Part shown: positions 5,157-12,323 of the stretch, piece after piece
Layout of the letters: every line of letters starts with the position of its first letter
Numbering within the stretch: the first letter of the stretch is position 1
Source of the DNA: Candidatus Iainarchaeum sp.
GTDB taxonomy: Archaea; Iainarchaeota; Iainarchaeia; Iainarchaeales; 0-14-0-20-30-16
Reading direction: 5' to 3'
NCBI GenBank assembly: GCA_903916665.1
Contig: CAIWXP010000108.1
Coordinates: 1 to 12,615, forward strand
Length of the DNA: 12,615 bases
Made by a program: the position numbers and the translations under genes
The notes under the pieces: model-generated
Database searches by the model: none
Told to the model about the DNA's origin: nothing
Seen by the model: only the letters and a program-made list of their open reading frames with translations

Positions 5157-6473
5157 TTAAAATTTCACATCTACTTCTGGATCATTTTCTTTTTCTTTTT
5201 TTTCTTTAGCTTCCTTTATTTTTTTAATAATTGTTGTAATTATAATAACTAATATTATTCCCGCAACCACAATAATCGCAACTAGCATTACTGGATTGGT
5301 TTGTTGATCCGTTGAGCTACTATCAGTAGAATTGTTGCTATTAGTACTTGTAACTATGTCTTTCTTGCCATCTTTATAAATTATCAATGCCATATCTTTC
5401 AATGGTTTAATTTGTCTTTTTGCGCTATCATATTCTTTTTTACCAAGATCAGAATACATCATGGTATAGGCATCATTGAATGCAACTGTTTTATTATAAT
5501 CTTTCCAGGTATCTTTACTGTTAATAATTAAATCAAAAAAAGATTTTGGGTTTGTTTGTTTTGTTGTTTTCTCTAATTCTTTATCATAGCCCAAATATAA
5601 TTCTAAAAAAGACATTCTTTTTAATCGTGCATCCCAAGAAGTTAATAGTGGTTCTATATTTGTATAGTTTTCAGAATATTCTTTTGCACTATTTAATGTG
5701 TTTAAATTAGTGGATAAATTAGAAATATATTCTGGCACATTTTGAAATTCTTGTGGTAAAACTAATAGATTATTTCCAATTGATGTTTTCATATCCAAAG
5801 GAATATTAGCATCTACTAAAATTATTTTTACATTCATTATTAATCCTTGCAATTTAGAAAGTTTATTTAAAAAATTATTTGTATCTGTTTGCAAATTATC
5901 TGTGCTTGTTTTTATTGATATATAATTTTCATAGGCCTGGGTTTGTAGGTTTCTATCTAATAGTATAGTATTGTTTGTAATATCTATTGATAGTTCACCA
6001 ATTTCTTTTGTTGTTAATTGAACGTTTTGTATACCCAATAAAACATTTTCTTGTGAAGCATCTAAATTTTCAATTTCTTTTTTAACTAACTCTAAATTAT
6101 AATTAAAATTAGTTATTGCATTTGGTAAGGTGTTAAAAAAATAAGCAATCTTTTGGTTATCATATTTTTGTGTTGATTTTGAAAAGAAAAAATAGGTTTC
6201 GGCAACTGGTTTTATTTCTTCTGTTGTGACCAATTGTAAATAGTTTTTATCTTCCACTACAAATAAATCTTTATCATTTGTTTCTAATAGCCAATATTTT
6301 TCTTTTTGATATATTATGGGATAAAAATTATCAATTTTTTCTGAGCCATCCAAAGGATTTATTAAATACATGTCACTAACATTTTTTTGGATAGTATCCT
6401 GATCCAATGCAAATAAAAAATGACTAAATAGTATTAATGCAAATAAAAATATAGTTGCATTAAGATATTTCAT
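5157..6473 (-). CDS. Secreted, C-terminally membrane-anchored surface protein; hypothetical, probably glycosylated
   Basis: Signal-like N-terminus MKYLNATIFLFALILFSHFLFA|LDQD. No Cys. Many N-x-S/T sequons. S/T/N-rich stalk TSTNSNNSTDSSSTDQQTN, a single TM PVMLVAIIVVAGIILVIIITTII and a K/E-rich tail. The ORF track starts at GTG 6482; ATG 6473 is the more likely start. Confidence 0.75.
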   Translation of the reverse strand: MKYLNATIFLFALILFSHFLFALDQDTIQKNVSDMYLINPLDGSEKIDNFYPIIYQKEKYWLLETNDKDLFVVEDKNYLQLVTTEEIKPVAETYFFFSKSTQKYDNQKIAYFFNTLPNAITNFNYNLELVKKEIENLDASQENVLLGIQNVQLTTKEIGELSIDITNNTILLDRNLQTQAYENYISIKTSTDNLQTDTNNFLNKLSKLQGLIMNVKIILVDANIPLDMKTSIGNNLLVLPQEFQNVPEYISNLSTNLNTLNSAKEYSENYTNIEPLLTSWDARLKRMSFLELYLGYDKELEKTTKQTNPKSFFDLIINSKDTWKDYNKTVAFNDAYTMMYSDLGKKEYDSAKRQIKPLKDMALIIYKDGKKDIVTSTNSNNSTDSSSTDQQTNPVMLVAIIVVAGIILVIIITTIIKKIKEAKEKKEKENDPEVDVKF

Positions 6474-6482
6474 AAATAACAC

Positions 6483-6920
6483 TCAATCTTTTTTCATTAA
6501 ATCTTTAATTTGTTTATAGGTTACAAATTCTAAAGGATTTATTGCATCAACTAAATATTTTATTTCTTGAAATTCTTTTCTACTTACAAAATCGCCCTTT
6601 ATGCTATCCATATTTTGATTTAATTGATCAACTTCTTGTTTTACTCCTTGGATTTTATTATATAATTCTGTAATTTGTGCTTTAATTGCATCCAATTCTT
6701 CTACACTAGCGCCACCGGTAGTTTGCACATTACTTTGAGAATTAATTTTATCATCTAATTTTTTTAGTTTATCATTTAATACTAAAATATTTTGACTTAA
6801 AATTTTTTCGTTTCTAACTAGATAACCTATTTTTTGACTTAATAACATTACCGTTGCATTTATTGCTTTAACATTGGTCCCAACACCACTTTGTTGAGCT
6901 TGAGGAACTTGATCAACCAT
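6483..6920 (-). CDS. Soluble coiled-coil protein (145 aa); hypothetical
   Basis: No TM segment or signal peptide. Heptad-like stretches (KILSQNILVLNDKLKKLDDKIN; ELDAIKAQITELYNKIQGVKQEVDQLNQNMDSIKGD). GTGAT SD (plus-strand ATCAC at 6924-6928) lies 3 nt before the ATG. Its stop is 9 nt from the ATG of the next gene. Confidence 0.7.
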   Translation of the reverse strand: MVDQVPQAQQSGVGTNVKAINATVMLLSQKIGYLVRNEKILSQNILVLNDKLKKLDDKINSQSNVQTTGGASVEELDAIKAQITELYNKIQGVKQEVDQLNQNMDSIKGDFVSRKEFQEIKYLVDAINPLEFVTYKQIKDLMKKD

Positions 6921-6974
6921 AAAATCACTTTAAAATCATTTATTGTGTAATAAATATATGTTATACATTAAGAT

Positions 6975-6987
6975 ACTATATATAAAT
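6975..6987 (+). promoter_or_regulatory. TATA-like element upstream of taw1, in a divergent promoter region
   Basis: ACTATATATAAAT is centred about 26 nt upstream of ATG 7008, and no SD motif lies between them. This is consistent with a leaderless transcript. The same 87-nt spacer also holds ATATATTTA on the minus strand for the 6920 gene. Confidence 0.4.
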
Positions 6988-7007
6988 CATAGCAATATAA
7001 AAATATT

Positions 7008-8018
7008 ATGCATTCTAAACTAAGATTATCTCCGCAAATGAAAATTGATTTACAAAACAAACATTATGGGTTAGCTGGTAATCATAGTGCTGTTCAAATA
7101 TGTGAATGGACAAAGAAAAGTTTGCGAAATGAAGGAGAATGCTATAAAAATACTTTTTATGGTGTTGAAACGCATAATTGTGCGCAAGTGTCTCCAAATG
7201 TATTGTGGTGTGATCAAAATTGTATATTCTGTTGGAGACCCGCAGAAAACATGTTAAAAGAATCAATTAAAGAACAGGTAGACGATCCTAAAAAAACAAT
7301 TGACGAATTAGTTAAAGCCAGATATAAATTGTTGACTGGTTTCAAAGGCCTAGAAAAAACAAATCAAAGTAAATTTAAAGCATCAATGAATAGCTTTCCT
7401 AGTCATTGGGCAATATCTTTAAGTGGGGAGCCTACACTTTACCCTAAATTAGCAGAATTCATAAAAGAATTAAAAAAACAAAAAGCAAAAACAATTTTTT
7501 TAGTAAGCAATGGCCAAAATCCTTTGGTAATAAAGACTTTGGAGAAAAAGAAAGCTTTGCCTACACAATTATACATATCTCTTGATGCTTGGGATTCTCA
7601 GAGTTATAATAGAATTAATAAGGGAATTAGAAAAGACGCTTGGGAAAGATTATTAAAAACTTTGGTGTTATTAAATAAGCTACCAACAAGAACAGTGGTT
7701 AGATTAACTGTTATAAAAGGTTTAAACGATTCTGAAGAAGCAATAAAAGGATTTGCAAAGTTAATAGAGTCTAGTCAACCTGATTTTTTGGAAATCAAAT
7801 CCTACATGCATTTAGGCTATAGTAGAGAGAGATTAGCAAGAGAAAATATGCCTAGTCATGAAGATATAAAAGATTTTGGAAAAAAATTAGAAAAATATTG
7901 TTCAAGTATAAAATATGAAGATGAAAACTCAGGATCAAGAATTATTTTATATAAAAATACAGGAAAAAATAGAAAAAAGAAAGTGCCGAGTAGATGGATT
8001 ATAAAACCCAAGAAATAA
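7008..8018 (+). CDS. taw1: tRNA 4-demethylwyosine synthase (radical SAM, TYW1/Taw1)
   Basis: Radical-SAM CxxxCxxC motif in LWCDQNCIFCWRP. The upstream C-x12-C-x12-C triad (QICEW..GECYK..THNCAQ) matches the auxiliary-cluster cysteines of archaeal Taw1. N-terminal L..KHYGLAGNHSAVQIC.WTKKSL and the FYG block are typical of the family. Confidence 0.88.
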   Translation: MHSKLRLSPQMKIDLQNKHYGLAGNHSAVQICEWTKKSLRNEGECYKNTFYGVETHNCAQVSPNVLWCDQNCIFCWRPAENMLKESIKEQVDDPKKTIDELVKARYKLLTGFKGLEKTNQSKFKASMNSFPSHWAISLSGEPTLYPKLAEFIKELKKQKAKTIFLVSNGQNPLVIKTLEKKKALPTQLYISLDAWDSQSYNRINKGIRKDAWERLLKTLVLLNKLPTRTVVRLTVIKGLNDSEEAIKGFAKLIESSQPDFLEIKSYMHLGYSRERLARENMPSHEDIKDFGKKLEKYCSSIKYEDENSGSRIILYKNTGKNRKKKVPSRWIIKPKK

Positions 8019-8062
8019 AATAAATAAATTGGAATAAATTATAATTGTTTTTAGGTGATAAT

Positions 8063-8716
8063 TTGGATCAAATAAAAATGGAAAGAATTTTAGGTTTGGC
8101 AATTAATAAATATCCTCAGGAATATAAAGATTATATTAAAGAAGAGGGAAAAGTAGTATTAGAATTATTATCAAAGGATAAAGATATTAAATTATTAGAT
8201 GTGGGTTGCGGCTCAAACATGAATATTGAAAATATTGCAAAAATTACAAAAGAGTTTGTGGGCATAGATTTAGATGATTCTATGGTCTATGAAGCTAAGG
8301 ATAAATTAGAAGGAAATAAACGTGCAAAAATAGTAAAATTAGATGTTCATAAATTATCTGAAAGTTATAAAAAAAATTATTTTAATACTTCAATTGCAAT
8401 GTGGAATGCTTTAGGATCAATGGGTGATGAGGTACATTGGTTAGGCGAAGTTGCAAAGGTAACAAAAGGAAGAATTATTTTAAGTTTAGTTGAAAAAGGT
8501 CATTTAGAAATTAGACAAAAATATTACGAAGATTTGAATTCTACCTATTTGGTAATGAATGATGGTAAAGAAACTATATTTTCGCCCATTTGGGGCTATT
8601 CAAGAGCTTTTTCAAAGGAAGATATTGAAGCCTATGCTAAAGCTTGTAAATTAAAAGTAGAAAAATTTATTCCTTTGGCAAAAATAGGATTCTTAGCCAT
8701 TTTAGTTAAAAAGTAA
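8063..8716 (+). CDS. Class I SAM-dependent methyltransferase, substrate unknown
   Basis: Motif I LLDVGCGSN, then the acidic end of beta-2 (FVGIDLDDSM) and post-I IAMWNALGSMGD. GGTGA at 8054-8058 lies 4 nt before the in-frame TTG 8063. Alternative starts are TTG 8045 (ORF track) and ATG 8078. Confidence 0.7.
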   Translation: MDQIKMERILGLAINKYPQEYKDYIKEEGKVVLELLSKDKDIKLLDVGCGSNMNIENIAKITKEFVGIDLDDSMVYEAKDKLEGNKRAKIVKLDVHKLSESYKKNYFNTSIAMWNALGSMGDEVHWLGEVAKVTKGRIILSLVEKGHLEIRQKYYEDLNSTYLVMNDGKETIFSPIWGYSRAFSKEDIEAYAKACKLKVEKFIPLAKIGFLAILVKK

Positions 8717-8743
8717 ATATTTTGCTAAAAAATCCAACCTACC

Positions 8744-8751
8744 TTTATAAA
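8744..8751 (+). promoter_or_regulatory. Candidate TATA box for the ribosomal protein operon
   Basis: TTTATAAA is a close match to the archaeal TATA consensus. It would place the TSS near 8775 and give a leader of about 140 nt. An alternative weaker element, TGTATAAAAAA, lies at 8833-8843. Confidence 0.35.
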
Positions 8752-8780
8752 TCTTTCTTTAGCTATATTAATAATACATT

Positions 8781-8800
8781 ATTTGAGTTGGGACTCAGAT
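8781..8800 (+). other. Stem-loop at the predicted 5' end of the L3 operon leader
   Basis: ATTTGAGT / TGGG / ACTCAGAT forms an 8-bp stem, including one G-U pair, with a tetraloop. Confidence 0.45.
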
Positions 8801-8917
8801 AATCATTCGATTTATTGATTTCAAGTAAATTTTGTATAAAAAATTCTTAAAAAGCTCATTGATTTGAGTTTAGTTTGCAATTTGCAACATTTATGTTAAA
8901 TATAAAAGGTGTAATTA

Positions 8918-9931
8918 ATGGGTAAAACAAATAAACCACGATGCGGATCAATGGCCTACTATCCTAGAAAGAGAGCCATGAGTCAAATACCAAAATTTAG
9001 AAGCATAGTATTACCAAAAGACTTAAAAGATGTTAAAATATTGAATTTTTACGGTTATAAAGTTGGAATGCTCCATGTTATGGGACAAAACAAACATAAA
9101 GGATCTCCTTTTAATAATCAGAAAGTAAGTATTCCTGCAACTGTTGTTGAAGTACCTGGAATTACTGTTTTAGGTATGCGATTTTATAATGTTACCAATG
9201 CTACAAAGAGTGCTTTGAAAGATTTTGTTTTTACATCAAAAGTAAGCAAGCACATGTCAAAAAGATTAACTGGTGTTAATAGAGCTAAAGAGAAAGGAGA
9301 TTTAATGAAGACTGCTTTAGATTTCTTTGAAGAAAATAAAATAAAAGTTAAAGAAATTGCTTTAATTGCTCAAACTCATCCAGAAAAAACAACTATTGGG
9401 AAGAAATGTCCCGAAGTTATTGAATTATATTTATCAGGAAAACCTGAAGAACAATTGGAATTCGCTAAATCAAAAATAGGTCAAGATCTAAATATTACTG
9501 ATTTTGCCTTAGAAAACACATTTGTTGATTTAAAAGGAGTAACAGTTGGTAAAGGTTTCCAAGGTGTTATTAAAAGATTTGGTGTTAAAAGATTACATCA
9601 TAAATCTGAAAAAGGTGTAAGAGGAGTAGGATCAATTGGTCCATGGACGCCTCCTACAGTTATGAACACAGTTCCAAGACCTGGTCAAATGGGTTATCAC
9701 AGTAGAGTACAAGTAAATCAAAAAATATTGAAATACATTGACGAATGTGATAAAATAAATCCAAAAAGTGGTTGGGAAGGCTATGGAGTAATTAGAAATA
9801 AAGCAGTTATTGTTGCAGGTTCTATTCCTGGTCATGTTAAAAGATTGGTTGCTTTCAGATTTGCTGAGAGAATACCTAAAGATATTAAAACTGATATTTC
9901 AGAAATTACAAACATTGTTTTAGCAAATTAA
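8918..9931 (+). CDS. rpl3: 50S ribosomal protein uL3 (archaeal L3)
   Basis: N-terminus MGKTNKPRCGSMAYYPRKRA is the archaeal/eukaryotic uL3 signature. The block GKGFQGVIKRFG..GPWTP fits, as does the 337-aa length. AAGGTG at 8906-8911 lies 6 nt before the ATG. It is first in the conserved order L3-L4-L23-L2-S19-L22. Confidence 0.95.
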   Translation: MGKTNKPRCGSMAYYPRKRAMSQIPKFRSIVLPKDLKDVKILNFYGYKVGMLHVMGQNKHKGSPFNNQKVSIPATVVEVPGITVLGMRFYNVTNATKSALKDFVFTSKVSKHMSKRLTGVNRAKEKGDLMKTALDFFEENKIKVKEIALIAQTHPEKTTIGKKCPEVIELYLSGKPEEQLEFAKSKIGQDLNITDFALENTFVDLKGVTVGKGFQGVIKRFGVKRLHHKSEKGVRGVGSIGPWTPPTVMNTVPRPGQMGYHSRVQVNQKILKYIDECDKINPKSGWEGYGVIRNKAVIVAGSIPGHVKRLVAFRFAERIPKDIKTDISEITNIVLAN

Positions 9932-9945
9932 ATTGAGTGAGAGTT

Positions 9946-10755
9946 ATGGAAGTAAATATTTACAAGTTAGATGGTACAGTTGCCTCAAAAACAAAGTTAC
10001 CAAAAGTATTCGATACTCCTTATAGACCTAGAGTTATTCTAAGAGCAGTATTAGCTGCAGATAGTGCAAAAATTCAACCTAAGGGAAATTATGCAAATGC
10101 AGGTAGAGATACCACTGCAGTATATATTGGAAGAAGAGGTTCTCCAAATGCATTAATGAACAAAGGTATTGCAAGAAAACCAAGAACTAAGAATAGACCT
10201 CACTTAGTTGAAGGAACAGTAAAAGGTATTCCTGGTGTTGTTGGTGGTCCAAGATCACATCCTCCAAAACCATGGGCAACTAGAAAGGAAGAAATTAATA
10301 AAAAAGAAAGATTATTGGCATTAAAAAGTGCAATTGCTGCTTTAACTAATAAAGAATTAGTATTAAAGAGAGGCCATAAAATGGGTAAAGAATTAACATT
10401 GCCTGTTGTTGTAGTTGATGATTTAGAATCTTTGAAAAAAACAAAGGATGTTTTAGCATTTTTAGAAAAAATCGGAATAAATTTAGATATTGATAGAGCA
10501 AAGGATAAAAAACACATAAGAGCAGGAAAAGGAAAAACAAGAGGAAGAAAATACAGAAGAGCAAAATCTGTTTTATTTGTAATCTCTAAAGAAAGATTAA
10601 TTTTGCAAAAAAGTGCAAGAAACCTAGAAGGTGTTGATATCGTTGCTTTAAAAAATTTAAGTGCAAGAGACATTGCCCCCGCAGGACAAGCAGGAAGATT
10701 AACAATATTTAGTAAAGAAGCTTTAGAAGCATTGAATAAGAAATTTATCGAGTGA
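9946..10755 (+). CDS. rpl4: 50S ribosomal protein uL4 (archaeal L4/L1e)
   Basis: Blocks YRPRVILRAV, GRRGSPNALMNKGIARKPRTKN, SHPPKP and IRAGKGKTRGRKYRRAKSVLFV are uL4-type, and the operon position fits. The ORF track starts at GTG 9937. ATG 9946, preceded by GAGTGAGA, is preferred. Confidence 0.9.
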   Translation: MEVNIYKLDGTVASKTKLPKVFDTPYRPRVILRAVLAADSAKIQPKGNYANAGRDTTAVYIGRRGSPNALMNKGIARKPRTKNRPHLVEGTVKGIPGVVGGPRSHPPKPWATRKEEINKKERLLALKSAIAALTNKELVLKRGHKMGKELTLPVVVVDDLESLKKTKDVLAFLEKIGINLDIDRAKDKKHIRAGKGKTRGRKYRRAKSVLFVISKERLILQKSARNLEGVDIVALKNLSARDIAPAGQAGRLTIFSKEALEALNKKFIE

Positions 10756-10760
10756 GAACT

Positions 10761-11021
10761 ATGGAATACTATGATGTTATATTTCATCCATTAATTTCAG
10801 AAAAAGCAATAAACATGATCGAAACAGAAAATAAAATCGTTTTCGTTGTGAATCCAAAGGCAACAAAATTAGATATTAAAAAAGCTGTTGAAGATGCTTA
10901 TAAAGTTAAAGTGGATAATGTAAATATTTTAAATGATATGAAAGGCCATAAAAGAGCCATTGTAAAATTAAATAAATTGTTTAAAGCTAGTGATTTATCA
11001 AGCAAGTTAGGTATGGTATAA
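10761..11021 (+). CDS. rpl23: 50S ribosomal protein uL23
   Basis: YDVIFHPLISEKAINMIETENKIVFVVNPKATKLDIKKAVEDAYKVKVDNVNIL fits the uL23 pattern. The ORF track start GTG 10752 overlaps the L4 stop. ATG 10761, preceded by GAGTGAGA, is preferred. Confidence 0.9.
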   Translation: MEYYDVIFHPLISEKAINMIETENKIVFVVNPKATKLDIKKAVEDAYKVKVDNVNILNDMKGHKRAIVKLNKLFKASDLSSKLGMV

Positions 11022-11027
11022 TTACTA

Positions 11028-11050
11028 TAGAATGATTATTGTAGAATGAT
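11028..11050 (+). repeat. Two direct copies of TAGAATGAT, 14 nt apart, in the L23-L2 spacer
   Basis: TAGAATGAT occurs at 11028-11036 and 11042-11050. A degenerate third copy (AAAATGATA) lies at 11069-11077. Confidence 0.8.
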
Positions 11051-11093
11051 AAATCTAAATTAAATTATAAAATGATATTTTTAAGGTGAAAAG

Positions 11094-11813
11094 ATGAAGA
11101 GATTGAAGGTACAAAGAAGAGGAAAAGGATCTCCAAGATACGCTGCAAGAAGAAACAGCCCAGGAAAAGTAAAATATCCATTTAATTATAGTCAAGAAAA
11201 AGTATGTGGTGAAGTGGTAGAATTATTGCATAATTCTGGAAAGACATCACCATTGGCAAGAGTAGTATTGGATAGTAAAGAATCATTTTTTATACCTGCA
11301 AGTGAAGGACTTTTTATAGGTCAAAAAATAGAAGCAGGAACAGGTGCCGCATTGGCATTGGGAAATATTTTACCAATAGGAAAAGTATTATCAGGTATGC
11401 CTGTATTTAATTTAGAAAATACACCCGGTGATGGAGGCTCATTCTTTAGAGCTGGTGGATCATTCGGTGAAGTTATAAGTATTGAAAATGATGTTGTTTT
11501 TGTTAAAATGAAATCTGGTGAAAAAAGAAAATTTGATCCAAAATGTTTATGTGTTATTGGTGTGGTTGCAGGTGGCGGAAGAACAATTAAGCCAATGTAT
11601 AAAGCAGGTAACATGCATTTCTTGATGAAAGCAAGAGGTGGAAGAATATATCCTTGTGTAAGAGGTTACGCAATGAACACAGTAGATCACCCACATGGTG
11701 GATCAGGTCACAATTCAGCTGGTAGACAAAAGATGACATCTAAGAAATTTGGACCTCCTGGAACAAAAGTAGGACACTTTGGTGGAAAAAGAACAGGAAG
11801 AAAGAAAAAGTAA
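11094..11813 (+). CDS. rpl2: 50S ribosomal protein uL2
   Basis: MKRLKVQRRGKGSP N-terminus, GGRTIKPMYKAGN and DHPHGGSGH (the HPHGGG signature). GGTGA at 11085-11089 lies 4 nt before the ATG. Confidence 0.95.
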   Translation: MKRLKVQRRGKGSPRYAARRNSPGKVKYPFNYSQEKVCGEVVELLHNSGKTSPLARVVLDSKESFFIPASEGLFIGQKIEAGTGAALALGNILPIGKVLSGMPVFNLENTPGDGGSFFRAGGSFGEVISIENDVVFVKMKSGEKRKFDPKCLCVIGVVAGGGRTIKPMYKAGNMHFLMKARGGRIYPCVRGYAMNTVDHPHGGSGHNSAGRQKMTSKKFGPPGTKVGHFGGKRTGRKKK

Positions 11814-11850
11814 AATAATATTTAATGAGTGATTTGAATGGACAGTTGAT

Positions 11851-11877
11851 AAATTTCATCTAAAATGATTGAAATTT
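11851..11877 (+). other. Perfect 8-bp hairpin in the L2-S19 spacer
   Basis: AAATTTCA (11851-11858) and TGAAATTT (11870-11877) flank an 11-nt loop, TCTAAAATGAT. Confidence 0.5.
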
Positions 11878-11907
11878 ACAACAGATCCATAAATAAAAGG
11901 TGCATTT

Positions 11908-12303
11908 ATGGCTAAAGATTTTAAATTTAGAGGATTAACTTGGGAAGATTTATTAAAAGTAAGTCAGAGTGAATTAGAAAATAGTATGAACTCAAGAGCA
12001 AGAAGATCATTGAAAAGATCAAAACAATTGGATAAAAGAATTGTAAAAGCTATTGATGAAAATTTAAAAGGAAAAATTAGTGATAAACCAGTTAAAACTC
12101 ATAGTAGAGATTTAATAATAACACCAAATATGGTTGGATTGAAATTTGCTGTTTATGATGGTAAAGCATTCCAAGCAATTGGACTAACAAAAGAAATGGT
12201 TGGTTTTTATTTGGGTGAATTTGTTGATACTAGAAAAAAACCAGTACATAGTAAAGCAGGTATTGGTGCTACTAAATCATCAAAGAATGTTGGTAAGAAG
12301 TAA
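11908..12303 (+). CDS. rps19: 30S ribosomal protein uS19
   Basis: FKFRGLTWEDLLKVS, RARRSLKR, KTHSRDLIITPNMVGLKFAVYDGKAF and YLGEFVDTRK are uS19 blocks. GGTG at 11899-11902 lies 5 nt before the ATG. Confidence 0.93.
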   Translation: MAKDFKFRGLTWEDLLKVSQSELENSMNSRARRSLKRSKQLDKRIVKAIDENLKGKISDKPVKTHSRDLIITPNMVGLKFAVYDGKAFQAIGLTKEMVGFYLGEFVDTRKKPVHSKAGIGATKSSKNVGKK

Positions 12304-12323
12304 ATAGATATTTAGGTGAAATG

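Noticed and set aside
7015-7266. Minus-strand ORF antisense to the 5' part of taw1
   Set aside because: It overlaps the Cys-cluster-coding region of a confidently identified gene. The product is low-complexity and has no start context.
9632-11614. Minus-strand ORFs 9632-9835, 10200-10787, 10346-10564 and 11321-11614, antisense to rpl3, rpl4 and rpl2
   Set aside because: All are embedded in highly recognisable ribosomal protein genes. Long antisense frames are expected opposite Lys/Gly/Arg-rich coding sequence.
11022-11907. C/D-box sRNA in the ribosomal operon spacers (AATGAT-type sequences resembling a C box)
   Set aside because: The copies read UGAUUA, UGAUAA or UGAUAU rather than UGAUGA. 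No CUGA D box sits at an appropriate distance, and there are no terminal pairing stems.
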